DNA of 64,000 nucleotides. It comes from Amoebidium appalachense. Its lineage: Eukaryota; Protista; Ichthyosporea. The translations under genes were made by a program, and so were the position numbers. The notes under the pieces were generated by a model that saw nothing but the letters and a program-made list of their open reading frames with translations, had not been told where the DNA came from and ran no database searches. Positions within the stretch are counted from its first letter, which is position 1. Each line of letters starts with the position of its first letter. Where the stretch lies: assembly GCA_963693365.1 (NCBI GenBank), contig CAVNZM010000009.1, forward strand, positions 8,661,408 to 8,725,407, written 5' to 3'. Shown piece after piece: positions 59,219 through 64,000 of the stretch.

Positions 59219-59569
59219 CCTGGTCCACCCACCATGTCCGTATTTTATGCGACAACACGGGTGCTGTGTCTGACCTGCACTCCCGGTCTTCCCCCCACCC
59301 CGTGATGGCCAAACTTATTCGGTTCATCACCCGCATGGAAATGCAATACCAATTTACGTTACAGGCATCCTACCTACCAGGACCCCTCAACCATCTGGCC
59401 GATGCCATTTCTCGTAACCAACTTCCCCGGGCCCGACGACTCCGACCTTCCCTGCAACCGGAGCCCTGCCCCTTCCCCTCCTGGGTCCACGAGTTCCTAT
59501 CCCTTCCCTTGGGCTAACCCCCCCCCCCCCCCCCCCCAAGATCTCCCGTTCCGGAGCAACGCTGGCAGA

Positions 59570-60600
59570 TTGGCCCCCCACTTTGCTCCGGCCGAGCTGC
59601 TTCGAGCCACCACTACCCTGCAGGAATGCCAGGCCCTGAGTCTCAACCTCGACTCTCGGGCCTTTTACTCCCGGGTGCAAAAAGTGTTCATCGATTTCTG
59701 TGTGGCATCTCGGCTGCAATCCCCCTCCGGGTCCTCTCTCCCGGCCTCCCCACACACCGTGCAACTTTTTCTCGCCTGGTGTGCCCAACGAGGGGTACAG
59801 GCCTCTTCCTTAACCGGCTACAATTCGGCCATCACCAGGCTCCACCTCGACATGGGCCTCCCTGCTCCCTACCCCCACGACAAGTCTCTGGCCTGGTTCC
59901 TACGGGGGGTGGGCAGATGGCAGCTTTCTCACAACATCCGACCCCGCTCATCCACCAGGGAACCCCTCCTGCCCTCCCACCTCAGCCTACTTCATGGCCA
60001 GTGCCCCACCAAGGCCTCCTCGGCCAATCTCCGGCTATGGACGGCCCTCATCGTCGGTTTCTGTGGTCTCCTCCGTTAAGGGGAATTTACCTCCAAGACC
60101 CTGACTTCTTTCGACCCGTCCCGTCACGTTAAACGGAAAGACGTGACCTTCACCTACACCCCCACCGGTACTTTGTCCCATGCCACCCTCCACCTGCCAA
60201 CCTCTAAGACGGATGTACAGGCCCGAGGTGTCAACGTCACTCTAGCTGCTCTGCCCCTCACCCACTTCTCCCCAGCCCATCTCCTCCGGCAGTTCCTGGA
60301 ACAACGTCCGGTCAACCCGACGACCCCCTCTTCAGTCTCGGTGGCATCCCCTACACCAAGAGTGCTTTCTCTGCCGATTTCCGTGCCCTCCTCTCCCGGG
60401 CAGGCCTCTCACCCTCCCGGTTTGCCGGACACAGCCTCCGCATCGGGGGGGCCACAGCACTGGCTGAGGCCGGGGTCGACGACTCCCGGATCAAACAACT
60501 CGGCAGGTGGTCCTCCGACTGTTTCCTGATCTATACCCGACTTCGTCCGGCCTCCATTGCTGCCACTACCACACGTGTATTCGCCTCTATTCTTAAGTGA
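59570..60600 (+). pseudogene. Ngaro tyrosine recombinase pseudogene
   Basis: TCA changed to TAA at 60077 and a 1-bp deletion near 60300 relative to 1659-2690. Confidence 0.88.
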
Positions 60601-61273
60601 AACCTTTGGAGCAAGCATACTGCTCTCGTGCCGTGGTTTACAACCATTGCAGGTTCACTTTCGTCCAAGGGGATGTCCCCCTGGAGGCAACACACGTCCC
60701 GGAGTAGTTTTCATAGAGGTTTTATTTGTGGAAATTATTGACATAAATATTTTTCTGGGTAAACACGTAGGATGGGTGTCCGATATCAACAGGCTTCGTT
60801 TCATGTTTTAGCAGTTCGCGTTCGGCTGCCCGCATACGGGCACCTATTAGCCGATCAAAACATCAGATTCCACAGATCACTAGACCGAGTTTGATTGGCT
60901 CAGGATAAGATTTCACATAACACTAGATCGGTTTTGATTGGCTCAGTCCGGTAGCCTTAGGTATATAAGCACGACAGTTTTTAGCAGATCAGCAAGCAAC
61001 AACACATCTTCTGTGTTTAGCACCTACAGCTTTACAGCTATATTTTCTTTTTCACCCACCCACCTACACCCTACACTCAACCCCCATTGATCCCCACATA
61101 CGTGCTGTTTTTTCACGGGGCGAAGACTTCCCCCGTTTTTTGGGCACAAGGACCTCACGGATCAATAAATTGATGACTGGGGGCCTGCCGTGGTTTACAA
61201 CCATTGCAGGTTCACTTTCGTCCAAGGGGATGTCCCCCTAGAGGCAACACACGTCCCGGAGTAGTTTTCATAG

Positions 61274-61313
<40 letters not shown>

Positions 61314-61457
61314 CAATGATAAGCCGGCCATGTGTTTATCATGGCGCACCGGTAAATGAATGTGGCGATTATGTGTAAATATATAAACGGAAATACATTA
61401 TAAAAAAGGACTCACTCAACGAGATGAAGGAGCGTTACAGAACGTACGTGTCTGCCG

Positions 61458-61509
<52 letters not shown>

Positions 61510-61640
61510 CCCCCCACCCAACCCCCCTGTCTTCCCTCCTTCCCACTACGACCCCCCCCCCCCCCTGCACGTGTCTAGGTGTATAGATCCTACAGGTAAC
61601 GATGGCAGAACTTTTGCCATTTGGTAATGGATGGGGCATC

Positions 61641-64000
61641 ATAATATCATCTAACGATATTGTAATTTGCAGGTGTTTACGACATAGTATGGTGTGTCGT
61701 GGACCTTCAAATGGATACTGTAAACCAATCCATTAGGCAGGTTTTCAGACGTCCATTGACAGTCTTACGTTGGGTGATGCCCGAGCATGTTACGATGTCG
61801 CACTCTGGGGGGTTTACGACAACTAATGGTTGTCGAGGACATTCATATGGATATTGTAAACCCATCCATTCGACAGTTGTTTCCGACGTCTTAAGACAGT
61901 CTTCCGAAGGGGTGCAGCAAGACCATCTTATGATGTCGTAATCCGGAGGTGTGCACGAGATGTAAACCAATCCATTAGGCGGGTTTTCAGACGTCCATTG
62001 ACAGTCTTACGTTGGGTGTCGCAAGAGCATGTTACGATGTCGTACTCGGGGGGGTTTACGACAACTAATGGTTGTCGAGGACATTCATATGGATATTGTA
62101 AACCCATCCATTCGACAGTTGTTTCCGATGTCTTAAGACAGTCTTCCGAGGGGGTGCAGCAAGACCATCTTATGATGTCGTAATCCGGAGGTGTGCACGA
62201 CATACAGTGTACATCCAATGTATGGGGTTAGGAGTACCACCATAATATCATCTTACGATGTCGTAATTTGCAGGTGTTTACGACATACACAGTGTATCGT
62301 GGACCTTCAAATGGATACTGTAAACCAATCCATTAGGCGGGTTTTCAGACGTCTATTGACAGTCTTACGTTGGGTGTCGCAAGAGCATGTTACGATGTCG
62401 TATGCTGGGGGGGTTTACGACAACTAATGGTTGTCGAGGACACTCATAAGGATATTGTAAACCCATCCATTCGACAGTTGTTTCCGATGTCTTAAGACAG
62501 TCTTCCGAGGGGGTGCAGCAAGACCATCTTATGATGTCGTAATCCGGAGGTGTGCACGACATACAGTGTACATCCAATGTATGGGGTTAGGAGTACCACC
62601 ATAATATCATTCTATGAAAACTACTCCGGGACGTGTGTTGCCTCTAGGGGGACATCCCCTTGGACGAAAGTGAACCTGCAATGGTTGTAAACCACGGCAA
62701 GCCCCCAGTCATCAATTTATTGATCCGTGAGGTCCATGTGCCCAAAAAACGGGGGAAGTCTTCGCCCCGTGAAAAAACAGCACGTATGTGTGGATCAATG
62801 GGGGTTGAGTGTGGGTGTAGGTGGGTGGGTGAAAAGGAATATATAGCTGTAAGGCTGTGGATGCTAAACACAGAAGATGTGTTTGTAGCTTGCTGATCTG
62901 CTAAAAACTGTCGTGCTTATATACCTAAGCCTACCGATCTGAGCCAATCAAAATCGATCTAGTGATATGTGAAATCTGATCCGAGCCAATCATAACTCGG
63001 TCTAGTGATCTGTGGTATCTGATGTTTTGATTGGCTAATTGGTGCCCGTGTGCGGGCAGCCAACCGCTAACTGCTAAAACACGAAAATGAAGCCTACATG
63101 GTTATGTTGGTATCGAACACCCATCCTACGTGTTTACCCAGAAAAATATTTATGTCAATAATTTCCACAAATAAAACCCTTACGATGTCGTAATGTGCAG
63201 GTGTTTACGACCTGGCAGTGTATCGTGGACCTTCAAATGGATACTGTAAACCAATCCATCCGGCGGGGTTTCAGACGTCTATTGACAGTCTCACGTTGGG
63301 TGTCGCAAGAGCATGTTATGATGTCGTATGCTGGGGGGGTTTACGACAACTCATGGTTGTCGAGGACATTCATATGGCTATTGTAAACCCATCCATACGA
63401 CAGTTGTTTCCGATGTCTTAAGACAGTCTTCCGAGGAGGTGCAGCAGGACCATCTTATGATGTCGTAATCCGGAGGTGTGCACGACATCCAGTGTACATC
63501 CAATGTATGGGGTTAGGAGTACCACCATAATATCATCTTACGATGTCGTAATGTGCAGGTGTTTACGACATACACAGTGTATCGTGGACCTTCAAATGGA
63601 TACTGTAAACCAATCCATCCGGCGGGGTTTCAGACGTCTATTGACAGTCTCACGTGGGGTGTCGCAAGAGCACGTTACGATGTCGTATGCTGGGGGGGTT
63701 TACGACAACTAATGGTTGTCGAGGACATTCATATGGATATTGTAAACCCATCCATTCGACAGTTGTTTCCGATGTCTTAAGACAGTCTTCCGAGGGGGTG
63801 CAGCAAGACCATCTTATGATGTCGTAATCCGGAGGTGTGCACGACATACAGTGTACATCCAATGTATGGGGTTAGGAGTACCACCATAATATCATCTTAC
63901 GATGTCGTAATGTGCAGGTGTTTACGACATACACAGTGTATCGTGGACCTTCAAATGGATACTGTAAACCAATCCATCCGGCGGGGTTTCAGACGTCAAT
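61641..64000. repeat. Satellite-like array, ~359-bp unit rich in ACGATGTCGT/ACGAC motifs; runs off the window edge
   Basis: ATAATATCATCTTACGATGTCG recurs at 62242, 62601 (interrupted), 63528 and 63887. Confidence 0.92.
62611..63178 (-). mobile_element. Solo Ngaro terminal unit (A-spacer-B, 568 bp)
   Basis: Precise insertion ATAATATCAT|CTTACGATG in the satellite, with no TSD and no coding sequence. Confidence 0.9.

Larger units (their letters stand above)
58380..61274 (+). mobile_element. Ngaro 3' half (RNase H, YR pseudogene, B1-A2-spacer-B2)
   Basis: B1 at 60629-60717, A2 at 60718-~61055 and B2 at 61186-61274: split direct repeat architecture. Confidence 0.93.

Overview
Eukaryotic, transposon-saturated window with no recognisable housekeeping gene. 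From left to right: (1) an intron-containing Dada-type DDE transposase gene with a C-terminal OTU protease domain (minus strand, ~14145 to beyond base 1). Its ~9.7-kb last intron holds an internally deleted Ty1/copia element (TSD GTAGG), two extra tandem LTRs and nested Ngaro (tyrosine-recombinase retrotransposon) pieces. (2) A divergently transcribed, intronless viral-type SF3/D5 helicase, separated from the transposase by an inverted iteron-like repeat cluster and truncated by a Ngaro insertion. (3) An 11.8-kb tandem duplication (13891-25719 / 25720-37538) containing the helicase, Ngaro gag-RT/RH-YR, a GATATC-rich CACTA-like end and a 5'-truncated LINE. (4) A block of satellites and minisatellites with small orphan, virus-like ORFs. 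(5) A truncated Polinton/adintovirus-like element with a ~1850-codon protein-primed PolB, a probable capsid C-terminus, a Lys-rich protein and a hairpin, adenovirus-like terminus, bracketed by Ngaro ends. (6) A tRNA-derived SINE with a 12-bp TSD. (7) A 359-bp satellite carrying a solo Ngaro terminal unit. Many frameshifts sit in homopolymers and may be assembly errors. All family calls come from motif recognition; no database search was run.
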